Made by a program: the position numbers and the translations under genes
The notes under the pieces: model-generated
The model's database searches: none
Seen by the model: only the letters and a program-made list of their open reading frames with translations
What the model was told of the DNA's origin: nothing
Part shown: one piece after another, positions 7,101 to 15,931 of the stretch
Position numbering within the stretch: position 1 is the stretch's first letter
How the letters are laid out: each line of letters begins with the position of its first letter
NCBI GenBank assembly: GCA_046484135.1
Contig: JAWOBU010000108.1
Coordinates: 1-18,996, forward strand
Source of the DNA: a bacterium
GTDB taxonomy: Bacteria > RBG-13-61-14 > DATKZS01
Length of the DNA: 18,996 nucleotides
Direction of reading: 5' to 3'

Positions 7101-9170
7101 TTATTGCACGTATCCGAGTGCTTTAAGCGATTTTATTTCTGAGGGGGACAGCTCCCTTTTCTCAGCCTTTGCCTTGGGAGTCTGTTCTTTCCATGAATTC
7201 AATTTATCCATCATATCCAGCATAAGTTCCCGATTTTCGGAAAGATCGTTTTTCTCCTCCCAGTCGGATGACAAATCATAGAGTGTTTCCTTGCCGGCTT
7301 CATCGGTAAGCAGCTTATAGGGATCATTAATCACTGCAAAGCCGGGCTCTTTAAGCCATGGGTGGGAAGGTTCCTCCATTATCCTTACTCTTTGTAAAAA
7401 TGCCTTTCCGTCCGTATTGTCTTTTTGTTCTATAACCGCTTTCAGGCTCGCTCCCTGGGCGGGGAAATCCTGGTAGTCAAGTAAATAATCGAGTATAGTC
7501 GGCGCAAGGTCAACGGATTCGGCAATGTCGGGTATGACCAGATTTTCAGGGATTTCGCCCGGCCAGGAAATAATCAAAGGTACATGCATGATGGCGTTCA
7601 GCAACAATCCTCCGTGGCCGAAGCCGAAGCGTACCGAACGGTCCTGGTACTCGGCCAGCCCCTCACCATGGTCCGCGGTCGCCAGCACGAAAGGGGGACT
7701 TTGCGGTTCGGGTTCCAGGCTGTTCAAAAACTTAACAAGCTCTCCTATCCAATAATCCATGTAATGGATTTCTCCGGCGTATAGCCCCCGGTGATAGCGG
7801 ATTTCCTCCTCTGTGTATCTTTTGCCTTCCTTTAAAAAATGCTCTCCCCATCTTTTGCCGCGGTTTTCTTCTATGAATTGATCAGAGTAACCCGGGTGTG
7901 GCTTATATGTCTTGTGAGGATCGAAAAAATGGACCCATAAAAAAACGTTTTCGTTCCGATTTTTAATAAGGTAGTTGGCGGTTCTTCGGAAAGCGTCGTG
8001 TGCGGAAGTTTTCCTTATCCAGTCATAGGGTCCGCTGGAATGATAAAAACCGGTCAGCCCCAGACTGTCCGGAAACAGATGGGTCCTGGAAATAATTGCC
8101 GCGGTTTTATAGCCCCGGCTTTGAAAGACTCGAGGCAATGACCCCACTTGCGCGGTAATGGAATGATAGTTTTTTTCCAGTCCGTGGGAGCGGGGATAGG
8201 CACCGGTGAAAATGGAAGCATGAGAAGGATCGGTTATTCCCATGGGACAGAAGGCCCTGGAAAAGCGGACCCCCGAGCGAGCCAGGGCGTCCAGGTTGGG
8301 GCTGGTTTTCTTGGGATAGCCGTAACAGGACAGATAATCGGCGCGAGTTGTGTCCATGGTGATAAGGATCACCCGCTGACGGGGATGGACGGAAGGATCA
8401 ATTCTTTTGTTTTCACGTACCCAGAAGACTGTAGAGACAACCGCCGCTGTTAAAATAACGGCCGGCACCATGCCCCGGCGGAATTTTCCGGCAGGACCGG
8501 TGAGACTCCATTTGGCCAGGACCAGCCAAGCCATACAAAGAGCTGTAAGGACGGCCCCTACGGAATGAAACAAGATGGGCTCGGTGCCGCGTCCCTCCCA
8601 TGCTTCTGCCGGACCGGTGACAATCAAAGATAAAAGGAGCAGTACGAACATCAGCCTCAGGGAGTTAACCCGCCAGCTATCAAGGGCTGGTACAAGCTTG
8701 GTCCTTAACTTGTCGCTGGCACTGAAAAACAAATAGAAAACAAAGCCAAAGGCAAGCCCGGCGGAAGGAACCACCAGTATCTGATAGGCTAACCGCGGCA
8801 CCAGGTAGTAGTAATGAACGGCAAAGAAAAAACCTGCTGCCGTGCCGAGCAGCGTTCCCCAAAGCGCCCATACATTGCCCGTGGACTCCAGGTCCATACC
8901 AGTCCCTCTGCCCAAGCGGGCCAAAGCCCTCCTGAACAAGGACAATAAAGGAGGCGTATCCAAGGAGGATATCAGGGCAATAAGCCAAAAGCCGGTGCCG
9001 ATCCACCAAGGCTTTCGCCAGTGCCGCAAAGTGATCTCTATTCCCCAAACCTCCCACTCGTGATGCCCGGTAAACCACTCGTAAACCGCGGCGGCGAAGA
9101 AAAACGCTCCCATAAACCCGAGAGCGGCAACAGTGATGCGGTTGGCTTTTTTAAAGGTTTGTTCTTTCAT
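7101..9170 (-). CDS. Membrane-anchored sulfatase-like hydrolase/transferase (alkaline phosphatase superfamily, Thr motif)
   Basis: About 250 aa multi-TM N-terminus; VILITMDTTRADYLSCYGY; ITDPSHASIFTG; WVHFFDPH; ADHGEG; C-terminal LKALGYVQ. Confidence 0.88.
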   Translation of the reverse strand: MKEQTFKKANRITVAALGFMGAFFFAAAVYEWFTGHHEWEVWGIEITLRHWRKPWWIGTGFWLIALISSLDTPPLLSLFRRALARLGRGTGMDLESTGNVWALWGTLLGTAAGFFFAVHYYYLVPRLAYQILVVPSAGLAFGFVFYLFFSASDKLRTKLVPALDSWRVNSLRLMFVLLLLSLIVTGPAEAWEGRGTEPILFHSVGAVLTALCMAWLVLAKWSLTGPAGKFRRGMVPAVILTAAVVSTVFWVRENKRIDPSVHPRQRVILITMDTTRADYLSCYGYPKKTSPNLDALARSGVRFSRAFCPMGITDPSHASIFTGAYPRSHGLEKNYHSITAQVGSLPRVFQSRGYKTAAIISRTHLFPDSLGLTGFYHSSGPYDWIRKTSAHDAFRRTANYLIKNRNENVFLWVHFFDPHKTYKPHPGYSDQFIEENRGKRWGEHFLKEGKRYTEEEIRYHRGLYAGEIHYMDYWIGELVKFLNSLEPEPQSPPFVLATADHGEGLAEYQDRSVRFGFGHGGLLLNAIMHVPLIISWPGEIPENLVIPDIAESVDLAPTILDYLLDYQDFPAQGASLKAVIEQKDNTDGKAFLQRVRIMEEPSHPWLKEPGFAVINDPYKLLTDEAGKETLYDLSSDWEEKNDLSENRELMLDMMDKLNSWKEQTPKAKAEKRELSPSEIKSLKALGYVQ

Positions 9171-9368
9171 CTTATTATTTCCCGTAAAGTTGTTCGATTA
9201 AGAAGCTTGCCGTTTTATGGATCAAAGTATTTAAGTGTGGGGGACCCAACAAAGTTTATGAACGATATGCCCCCCTCCTCTTGATTATAAAGTTTTTTTG
9301 TGTTTAACGCCTTTTCGGCTGCCAGCGGGGAGGTGCCTTCGGGATTCTTTTCTGATATTGTATGCATG

Positions 9369-9503
9369 CCGGCCCGGAGGACAGAATTAACTTAAAATGT
9401 GCGACCCGAGCGCCGAGGCCGGTGGCGTTTGCAGCGGGGAGAGGCCGGGCCAGTTCCGGCCTTCTCCTTTTTCCCCGCTGGAAGCCCGGAAAGCGATAAA
9501 CGC
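9369..9503 (-). other. GC-rich multi-stem intergenic element (candidate structured RNA or mobile remnant)
   Basis: CAGCGGGGA 9432-9440 / TCCCCGCTG 9472-9480 enclosing AGGCCGG/CCGGCCT; CCGGCCCGG 9369-9377 complementary to CCGAGGCCGG 9413-9422; GCGTTT/AAACGC 9425-9430 / 9498-9503. Strand assignment is tentative. Confidence 0.45.
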
Positions 9504-9660
9504 ATCTTTTTCTATCCACCCGCACTGAATTACGTAGAACCCGCTTTATGAGAGTCTGATTGCCGCGGACAGCAGGACCAAGCCGGATGGATTCCTTCCA
9601 TTTTATGAATACCTTCTTAAGCTTGAAAGCGAGCCTTTATTTTGTCAAACAGACTGCTTC

Positions 9661-11229
9661 TTACAACTCCGGCCTTTCATGGGAGCGAGGCAGACGCAGA
9701 CATGTAAAGCGCGAAAAGTGACGCATCATGCAGTTTCGGTATCCTTCATGTAAAGCTTTTTTCTGCTCATGGTTCAGACACAACAGATGACTTATCTCTT
9801 CCAGAATAGACACTGCCTGGCCGGCAGAAGGGGTCTGGTCCGTCACCAGCAACTCCAGCCGGTTTACCAGAAATTTATCAACAAGGCCTCCGGCTCTCGG
9901 ATTGCAAAGCATAAAATCCGGGGGATACCTTTGCCAAGTAATCCCCATCCGATGCAAAATGCGTAAAACCCGTCCCAACTGGCGATAAAACTCCAGGGCC
10001 GGCTCCCCCTTCGGCAAACGGTAACGGGACTCATTAACAGGACAATAAGGTTCTCTGGAGACGGGCACCACCAGGAGCCCCCAATCATCGCTTCCCGGAG
10101 GCAACAGCGCAGCCTCGGGTATGGTGTGAGGAACCCTTCGATATCGTAATTGCGGAGATAATGCAAACGCGGTTAAGGCCCGGCACCAGCGCGAGCTATA
10201 GGCGATCCCGGAATCAACATAGTAGTCCTTTTCCGCAAAACCTCCTCCTTCACGGGCCCCCCGGACTATATATTGGAGAAACGAGGGTATACTCCTTCGA
10301 GAAGAATAAATACGAAACCCTCGGTGGTTCCAGACACTGTAAGTTTCATTGCTGGACTTAATCCAGGCGCGCCGGTCGCGGGCTTGTTTGCGGAACTCGA
10401 TCTCGGAAAGATGAGAGACAGTTCCGGAGTACTCGTATAATTTTTTCAAAGGCAATCTGTCATCCCGGAAGTAAGCCTTGAGAAACCGGAGCCGGTCCGT
10501 AGTTGTTCCCACGTGGCTGAAGGCCTGGTCGAGCTTGGCCAGGTTTTTAAGCCGGTCGGAAAGCGATAGTCCGCGCTTTTTAATAAGGACCCGCTCGAGG
10601 TCCACCAGCTTGAAGTCTCCCGCCGGACCCACCATGATGCTGTCCGGCTTGAAGTCGCGCTGCATGACCCCCTTGTCGTGCATCCGGCGGACCAGGGCGG
10701 CAAGCTCGCTTATGACCCGGCGCCGCTCTTTCGAGCTTTTTGCCGGTCGAGCTTCGGCGTCGTCAACATCGGATTTTTGCGATTCGAATTTACGGTCGAA
10801 CCATGCGTCAAAGTTCTCGTAACCCTCCAAAGACTCCTGGAAAAGATAGTCCTCCTGGAGAAGACCGAAGCTTTTTCTCTCGGCCATGGCCAACGGCTTT
10901 GCAACCGGAAAACCCGTCTCACCGAGGCGAACCCCCATCTCCCATTCCTGGCGGGTCCGGGAGTTGCGGAAGATGTGTTTGAACTGCTTTAAAAGAGAAG
11001 GCCGGGAGTAATGCTTGACGAAGATGTCTTGTTTGTTTGGTAAATCGGTTTCGAGGACCCAGATGGTCCTCCTTCCGGCGGTGGTTTTGAACGGGCTGGT
11101 TAATCTTCGGCTTCCAGCAGAAGCGACCAGTTTTTCCAACATCTCGACAGGGCTGTCTTTCAGGCCATAAACCTGCCAAGTCCAGTAGTTTCGTCTTTCA
11201 ATCTTTTGTATGGAAGAGGGAGCTTTCAT
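9661..11229 (-). CDS. Lipopolysaccharide kinase-like protein (Kdo/WaaP/InaA family), two kinase-like domains
   Basis: IFVKHYS, RTRQEWEM, PVAKPLAM, MHDKGVMQRDFKPDSIMV, LVDLERV, RLKNLAKL, TDRLRFLKAY; second degenerate domain LGRVLRILHRMGITW. Confidence 0.85.
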   Translation of the reverse strand: MKAPSSIQKIERRNYWTWQVYGLKDSPVEMLEKLVASAGSRRLTSPFKTTAGRRTIWVLETDLPNKQDIFVKHYSRPSLLKQFKHIFRNSRTRQEWEMGVRLGETGFPVAKPLAMAERKSFGLLQEDYLFQESLEGYENFDAWFDRKFESQKSDVDDAEARPAKSSKERRRVISELAALVRRMHDKGVMQRDFKPDSIMVGPAGDFKLVDLERVLIKKRGLSLSDRLKNLAKLDQAFSHVGTTTDRLRFLKAYFRDDRLPLKKLYEYSGTVSHLSEIEFRKQARDRRAWIKSSNETYSVWNHRGFRIYSSRRSIPSFLQYIVRGAREGGGFAEKDYYVDSGIAYSSRWCRALTAFALSPQLRYRRVPHTIPEAALLPPGSDDWGLLVVPVSREPYCPVNESRYRLPKGEPALEFYRQLGRVLRILHRMGITWQRYPPDFMLCNPRAGGLVDKFLVNRLELLVTDQTPSAGQAVSILEEISHLLCLNHEQKKALHEGYRNCMMRHFSRFTCLRLPRSHERPEL

Positions 11230-11257
11230 GGTTGGGCCCTGGTTTACAGCTTTGTTA

Positions 11258-12556
11258 TTACTTCAGCGGTTTTCGTGTCTTATACATTCTTTTCCAGACC
11301 CGGAACTGGTAAGGGGCAAGCCGGGCCGCCGTCTTGATGAATTCCATGGCCAGGTCGGGCTCCTCTATCTTCTTCAACCACTCGGCCTGCTCCAAGAGCC
11401 AAGCATAGGGTTTGCGCATGGTCCAGAGGTCCGAAAGTTCAATCACATGAATCAGCTCGGGTTCCCTTTGCATTAACTTACCAAGTTTCAACATAAGTCT
11501 TTTGTAACCAGCCGCTATTTCCTGATTGGCAGGCTCGCTTGCAAGTATAAGCCGACCATGCATCATGCGAACTAAATTCCCATAGTAAGTTTTTGCTTTG
11601 TATGTAGAAGTTGTCTTAGGCCGTTCGCGGATTTCTCCCGTTATCTTATCAATCTGATGAAATGCGAACTCAGCTGTCAGGCGAAGCCACATTTCCAGGT
11701 CCTCGGCCATTATATTTTCAAATAACCTTCCGGCTTTTATATAGCACTCTCTTTTTATGAGAGAAAAGGTAAGATAATTTTCTTTTGATAACGATCCTAA
11801 ATTAGACTCTTTCCCCCTAACTTTATATGGCTCCCATTTTATGAGGCTGTCCGTATTCTCTTCCGGGATTTTCATTTTATTTATCTTGGAACAAGCAATT
11901 TCTTCTGTTCCCTTTTTCTCCAAGTACTCAACGTGAACTTTAAGGTGGGCCGAATAAAAAATATCATCATCATCCAGGATAGTGACATACTTGCCGTGGG
12001 CCATTTCCAAGGCCCGGTTAAGCGCCGCCGGGTTACCTTGGTGGGGTGCATAGAAATATCTTATGTTGCTAAGCCTTGATGAATTTACTATTTCTTCGGC
12101 CGTAGGCTCGCCACCGTCGTTGACCACAATGGTCTCGAAGTCCCGGAAAGTCTGTTCTGCCAGGCTCTGCAAGGCATCCTTCAGCAGGTCCGGTCGGTTG
12201 TAAGTCCGAACCAGGACTGAGACAAGTGGAGGAGTATCCGGGCAGGACATTCCGTCATGGTCCTTGTGCTCGAGTTTGATGTCAAAAGCGGCTTTTGCTT
12301 CCAACGCCCTGCTCAAGTAGTAACGGTTCAAAATAGGCAAGACCGGGAGATCATTATCATCTCCCAGTCTGTTAAGTATCTCCAGAGCTTCTTCGCTTCT
12401 TCCCGAAAGATGAAGGGCCACGGCAAAATCATTGGCCGCCAGCGGATCGCTCTCACCCCCCTCAGAGCGGCGATACTCATTGACGGCCGACTCCCAATCT
12501 CCCCTTCTCATGGGCTGCAGAGCTCTTCTGCGCGTAGTTTCAATCCCGCTTTTCAT
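11258..12556 (-). CDS. GT2 (GT-A) glycosyltransferase with TPR-like N- and C-terminal helices
   Basis: PLVSVLVRTYNRP, IVVNDGG, ALNRALEMAHGKYVTILDDDD, AEDLEMWLRL; TPR-like DPLAANDFAVALHLSGRSEEA. Confidence 0.9.
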   Translation of the reverse strand: MKSGIETTRRRALQPMRRGDWESAVNEYRRSEGGESDPLAANDFAVALHLSGRSEEALEILNRLGDDNDLPVLPILNRYYLSRALEAKAAFDIKLEHKDHDGMSCPDTPPLVSVLVRTYNRPDLLKDALQSLAEQTFRDFETIVVNDGGEPTAEEIVNSSRLSNIRYFYAPHQGNPAALNRALEMAHGKYVTILDDDDIFYSAHLKVHVEYLEKKGTEEIACSKINKMKIPEENTDSLIKWEPYKVRGKESNLGSLSKENYLTFSLIKRECYIKAGRLFENIMAEDLEMWLRLTAEFAFHQIDKITGEIRERPKTTSTYKAKTYYGNLVRMMHGRLILASEPANQEIAAGYKRLMLKLGKLMQREPELIHVIELSDLWTMRKPYAWLLEQAEWLKKIEEPDLAMEFIKTAARLAPYQFRVWKRMYKTRKPLK

Positions 12557-12612
12557 TGGTTATTCAAAAAGATTCTTTATTAATCCCCACCCGGCCTTAT
12601 GCAGGTGAGAAG

Positions 12613-13815
12613 CTATTTATTCTTCAGCTCGGCTACATCCTCATATACCTGGAGCAACTTTGGAAACAATACGTCCATACTGAACTTCTCTTCCACCTGT
12701 TGCCTGCCCTTCCTGCCCATCTCCAGCCTTTGTTCCGAGTTCTCTAACATGTACTGGAGCTTGTCGGCCATGGCCGCCGGCGACCTGGGAGGAACGAGAA
12801 GGCCGGTCTCTCCATCCTTCATCGCTTCAGGCATTCCACCGACATTCGTTACCACCGCTGGCAACCCGGTAGCCTGGGCTTCCAGGAGAGAAGTGTTCAG
12901 CGCTTCGAAAAGGCTCGGCATCAAGAAGACTTCGGATTCATAAAGAGCCTCGCGCACAGCGTCGCGGTCACTTTCTCCTTTTATTTCCACGCAGTCGGCC
13001 AGACCATAGTCCTCTACCATCAACCTATACTCTTGATCGCGTTCTCCGCCGCCTATGAGAAGATATCGGAACCTCACTCCTTTGTCCTTTAATATCTTCA
13101 TAGCCTCCAGTGCGTAGGGTATGCCCTTGATCCAGTGAAAACGCGCTACAGTGATGATAGTAGGCCTTCTGCAAGCGCGTCTACCTCTGTCCGTGAACTC
13201 GAAGTATGATATATCCACCTCGGAGGGAAGGGCCGTTATCTTTGCGGGATCGCATCCCAACTCGGCCAGTAGCCATTTCATATACTGGGTATCAGTTATA
13301 ACCATGGGAACTAGTTCGAAAAGATGCCGGTAGAGTTCCGGTCTGTGCTTTGCGTCCAACATGGCGTCAGAGCCGCGAAAATTCACGACCATTGGTATCT
13401 GGAGAGCCGGCATTATGTCAATGTAGTCTCTGCCGAGTTGCCCAAAGTGAGCATGAATCAAGTCGAAACCGCCATTTAAAAAAGGAAGCGACTTGTTCCA
13501 CATAAGAAAGGGGGAGAAACGATCTTTTTCAGACAGGGAACGGCGCGCTGCGGCAATCATGCGGTCCGGTCTTTGTAAAGCTCGGGGCAAACCTCGTAAG
13601 GTGTCTTTAGGTCTTACGCGGTCGGGCACGGGAAGCTTTACGATCTTCATGTTCCCTTTCAGATTCGCCCGAATGTCGGGATGAGCGTCCAAGTCTCTTA
13701 TAAACCGGGTAAACACGGTTACCTTATGGCCGAGCCTTAACAGCTCCACTACCTTGAGAAGAATAAACGGCTGGTTCCTTTGCGGAAACCCTTCGGTTAT
13801 GTAAGCGATATTCAT
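12613..13815 (-). CDS. GT4 glycosyltransferase (WcaL-like)
   Basis: DLIHAHFG, FRGSD, ITVARFHWIKG, EALNTSLLEAQATGLPAVVTNVGGMPE, ETGLLVPP. Confidence 0.92.
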   Translation of the reverse strand: MNIAYITEGFPQRNQPFILLKVVELLRLGHKVTVFTRFIRDLDAHPDIRANLKGNMKIVKLPVPDRVRPKDTLRGLPRALQRPDRMIAAARRSLSEKDRFSPFLMWNKSLPFLNGGFDLIHAHFGQLGRDYIDIMPALQIPMVVNFRGSDAMLDAKHRPELYRHLFELVPMVITDTQYMKWLLAELGCDPAKITALPSEVDISYFEFTDRGRRACRRPTIITVARFHWIKGIPYALEAMKILKDKGVRFRYLLIGGGERDQEYRLMVEDYGLADCVEIKGESDRDAVREALYESEVFLMPSLFEALNTSLLEAQATGLPAVVTNVGGMPEAMKDGETGLLVPPRSPAAMADKLQYMLENSEQRLEMGRKGRQQVEEKFSMDVLFPKLLQVYEDVAELKNK

Positions 13816-13832
13816 TGCTGCGCACTTCTTTA

Positions 13833-15884
13833 TTACTGAATGTACCCCAGGGCCTTGAATACCTTGTGTTCCCGCTCGCTGTACTTTTTGTCCGCCGGCT
13901 CAGACACGGGCGTCCTTTTTTTCCACGCCTCGAGTTCTTTTGAAAGCTCGTCAACCTTTTCGGGGAGCTTTGCAGTAATATCTTCTTTTTCTTCTTTGTC
14001 CGTGTCCATGTTGTAAAGCTCGTATTCCTGGTGCGGCCTTACAATCAGCTTGAAAGATTCCTTGTAAACCGCGTATCCATCCAAAGCAAGCCAGGGCCTG
14101 TCAGGCAAACATCCGACGTTGGTTCTTCTAGAAAAGCCCATGTCCTCTCTACTGTTACACTCTCCTTTAATCAAACACAACAGACTTCGGCCCTGCGCCG
14201 GAAAGTCCTTCTTCCCGAAAACCAGCTCCACAATAGTGGGAGCAAGATCAATAGTCTCGCTGATCTCGTTGACAGTCGCCCCCTTTTTTATCTCGCCCGG
14301 CCAGTTGATGATAAAAGGAATACGAAGAACGCTGTTATACAGTATTACTCCATGTCCGAATCCGAAGCGAATTTTGTGGTCCTGTAATTCCCCCAGTACA
14401 TCGCCGTGGTCTCCCATCAATGCCAGAAGCGGAGGCCTGCGGGTTTGAGGCTCCAGCTCTCGGACCCACTTAACCAGTCTTTCCACCCAACTGTCCATAT
14501 ACAATATTTCTTCATCATAAATATTCCGGCAAGTACGAACGGTCTTATCATCTATTTTTTCGTCTTTACTAAGCCAGGATTCCGGCTTTTGCTCCTCATC
14601 GGAGTCGGAAAACCGCGTGTCCAGCTCCGGGTGGGGGGTGTAAGGCTTATGAGGATCGAAAAAGTGTACCCAGATAAATACATTTTCGTCGCGGTGCCGG
14701 GTAAGCCAGTTGGCTGCGCGCCTGAAAGCCAAGGCCGCGCTTGTTTCATTACTGCCTCGTCCTGAGACAGTCTCATAATCGAAACCGGGCAAATTCATTG
14801 TTCTCGAAGGTCCGAACTCAGCGCGGGAAACTATTGCCGCGGTACTATACCCTCTCTGTCGGAAATACTCCGCCAGAGAAGCAACATTGCCGGTAATTGG
14901 AAATCCCGCTCTTCCCCAGCATCCGTGAGTACGGGGATATACACCGGTGAACATGGATGCGTGAGAAGGATCGGTCAAGCCAATAGGAGCTATGGCCATG
15001 TCGAAGCGCACCCCTGACTCGGCGAGTGAATCAATAAAAGGCGATGTCTTGCGATGGTAACCGTAACAGGAAAGATGGTCCGCTCGTGTTGTATCCAGAG
15101 TGATAATGATGACCCTGTCGCGGGGAGGCTTTGAAGGATGTAAGCTTCGATAGGCTTTTATAAACGAAACCGAGAGAGCGGCGATAACTACCAGTACAGA
15201 AACCGTTGCATAGATTTTTCTCGAACGTGGGATGAGTCTGGGCAGAAGAGCCGCTGCTGTAAAGGATATGATTATAAATGCCGCAAACCCCGCAAACAAA
15301 GGCCAAAGGGGGTCTACAAACCTCCCTTCCCAAGAACGCAAAGGGCCGACAACCAGCCCCGCCCATAAAAGCATATATAGGCCCCAGCAAAGACCCCGCA
15401 CATATTCCGAATCAATTCGCTTAGAAATCAAAGAAAAGAGACTGCACCATAAAAAGTGCAGTAAGCCGAATAATATAGCGATCAGAACAGCCAGAAAAAG
15501 TTTATAGGCAAAAAGCCAAAAGATGTATTCGTAAGCAAAACCCGCATAAAAACCGATGCCGGAGCCAAGCGCTCCACCGAACCAGGCCCAGCTTTTCGCG
15601 TCCGGACCTTCGCCTTGGCTTTTTCCGGCCAATGAAGCAGGGAGCAGTCTTCTCAAGATAAAAGGCCGCGGACGTAACAGCACAGCAGCCAATAAGAATC
15701 CCATTCCCGTGTACCAGGGCCTGACCCATTCGTGGATCCTTAACCTAACAGGCCCCACATGAAAGTCGAATCCGCCGTAGAACCACGAGTAAATACAAGC
15801 GCCGAACTGAACGGCAGCGGCGATCATAAATACGATGGCCGCGGTCCACGCCAGCCTCCTAACGTATTTGGGATTGAGCTTCAT
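13833..15884 (-). CDS. Membrane-anchored sulfatase-like hydrolase/transferase (Thr motif), paralog of 7101-9170
   Basis: Multi-TM N-terminus; IIITLDTTRADHLSCYGY; LTDPSHASMFTG; WVHFFDPH; GDHGD; FKALGYIQ. Confidence 0.88.
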   Translation of the reverse strand: MKLNPKYVRRLAWTAAIVFMIAAAVQFGACIYSWFYGGFDFHVGPVRLRIHEWVRPWYTGMGFLLAAVLLRPRPFILRRLLPASLAGKSQGEGPDAKSWAWFGGALGSGIGFYAGFAYEYIFWLFAYKLFLAVLIAILFGLLHFLWCSLFSLISKRIDSEYVRGLCWGLYMLLWAGLVVGPLRSWEGRFVDPLWPLFAGFAAFIIISFTAAALLPRLIPRSRKIYATVSVLVVIAALSVSFIKAYRSLHPSKPPRDRVIIITLDTTRADHLSCYGYHRKTSPFIDSLAESGVRFDMAIAPIGLTDPSHASMFTGVYPRTHGCWGRAGFPITGNVASLAEYFRQRGYSTAAIVSRAEFGPSRTMNLPGFDYETVSGRGSNETSAALAFRRAANWLTRHRDENVFIWVHFFDPHKPYTPHPELDTRFSDSDEEQKPESWLSKDEKIDDKTVRTCRNIYDEEILYMDSWVERLVKWVRELEPQTRRPPLLALMGDHGDVLGELQDHKIRFGFGHGVILYNSVLRIPFIINWPGEIKKGATVNEISETIDLAPTIVELVFGKKDFPAQGRSLLCLIKGECNSREDMGFSRRTNVGCLPDRPWLALDGYAVYKESFKLIVRPHQEYELYNMDTDKEEKEDITAKLPEKVDELSKELEAWKKRTPVSEPADKKYSEREHKVFKALGYIQ

Positions 15885-15931
15885 GAAGTCGCGTTCTCCC
15901 TGTCTATATTGAAATCATCTCTGCCGGGTTT

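Noticed and set aside
9284..9312. TATAAT on the minus strand upstream of the 9170 gene
   Set aside because: No credible -35 box or extended -10 TG, so it is too weak to call.
9362..9380. GGCCGGCATG on the minus strand, matching the start of the HDV ribozyme
   Set aside because: The downstream sequence lacks the HDV P2/P3/P1.1 pairings, so this is a short chance match.
9304..9525. 73-aa ORF in the kinase-sulfatase gap
   Set aside because: Arg/Pro-rich translation of a palindromic region with no clear RBS or motif.
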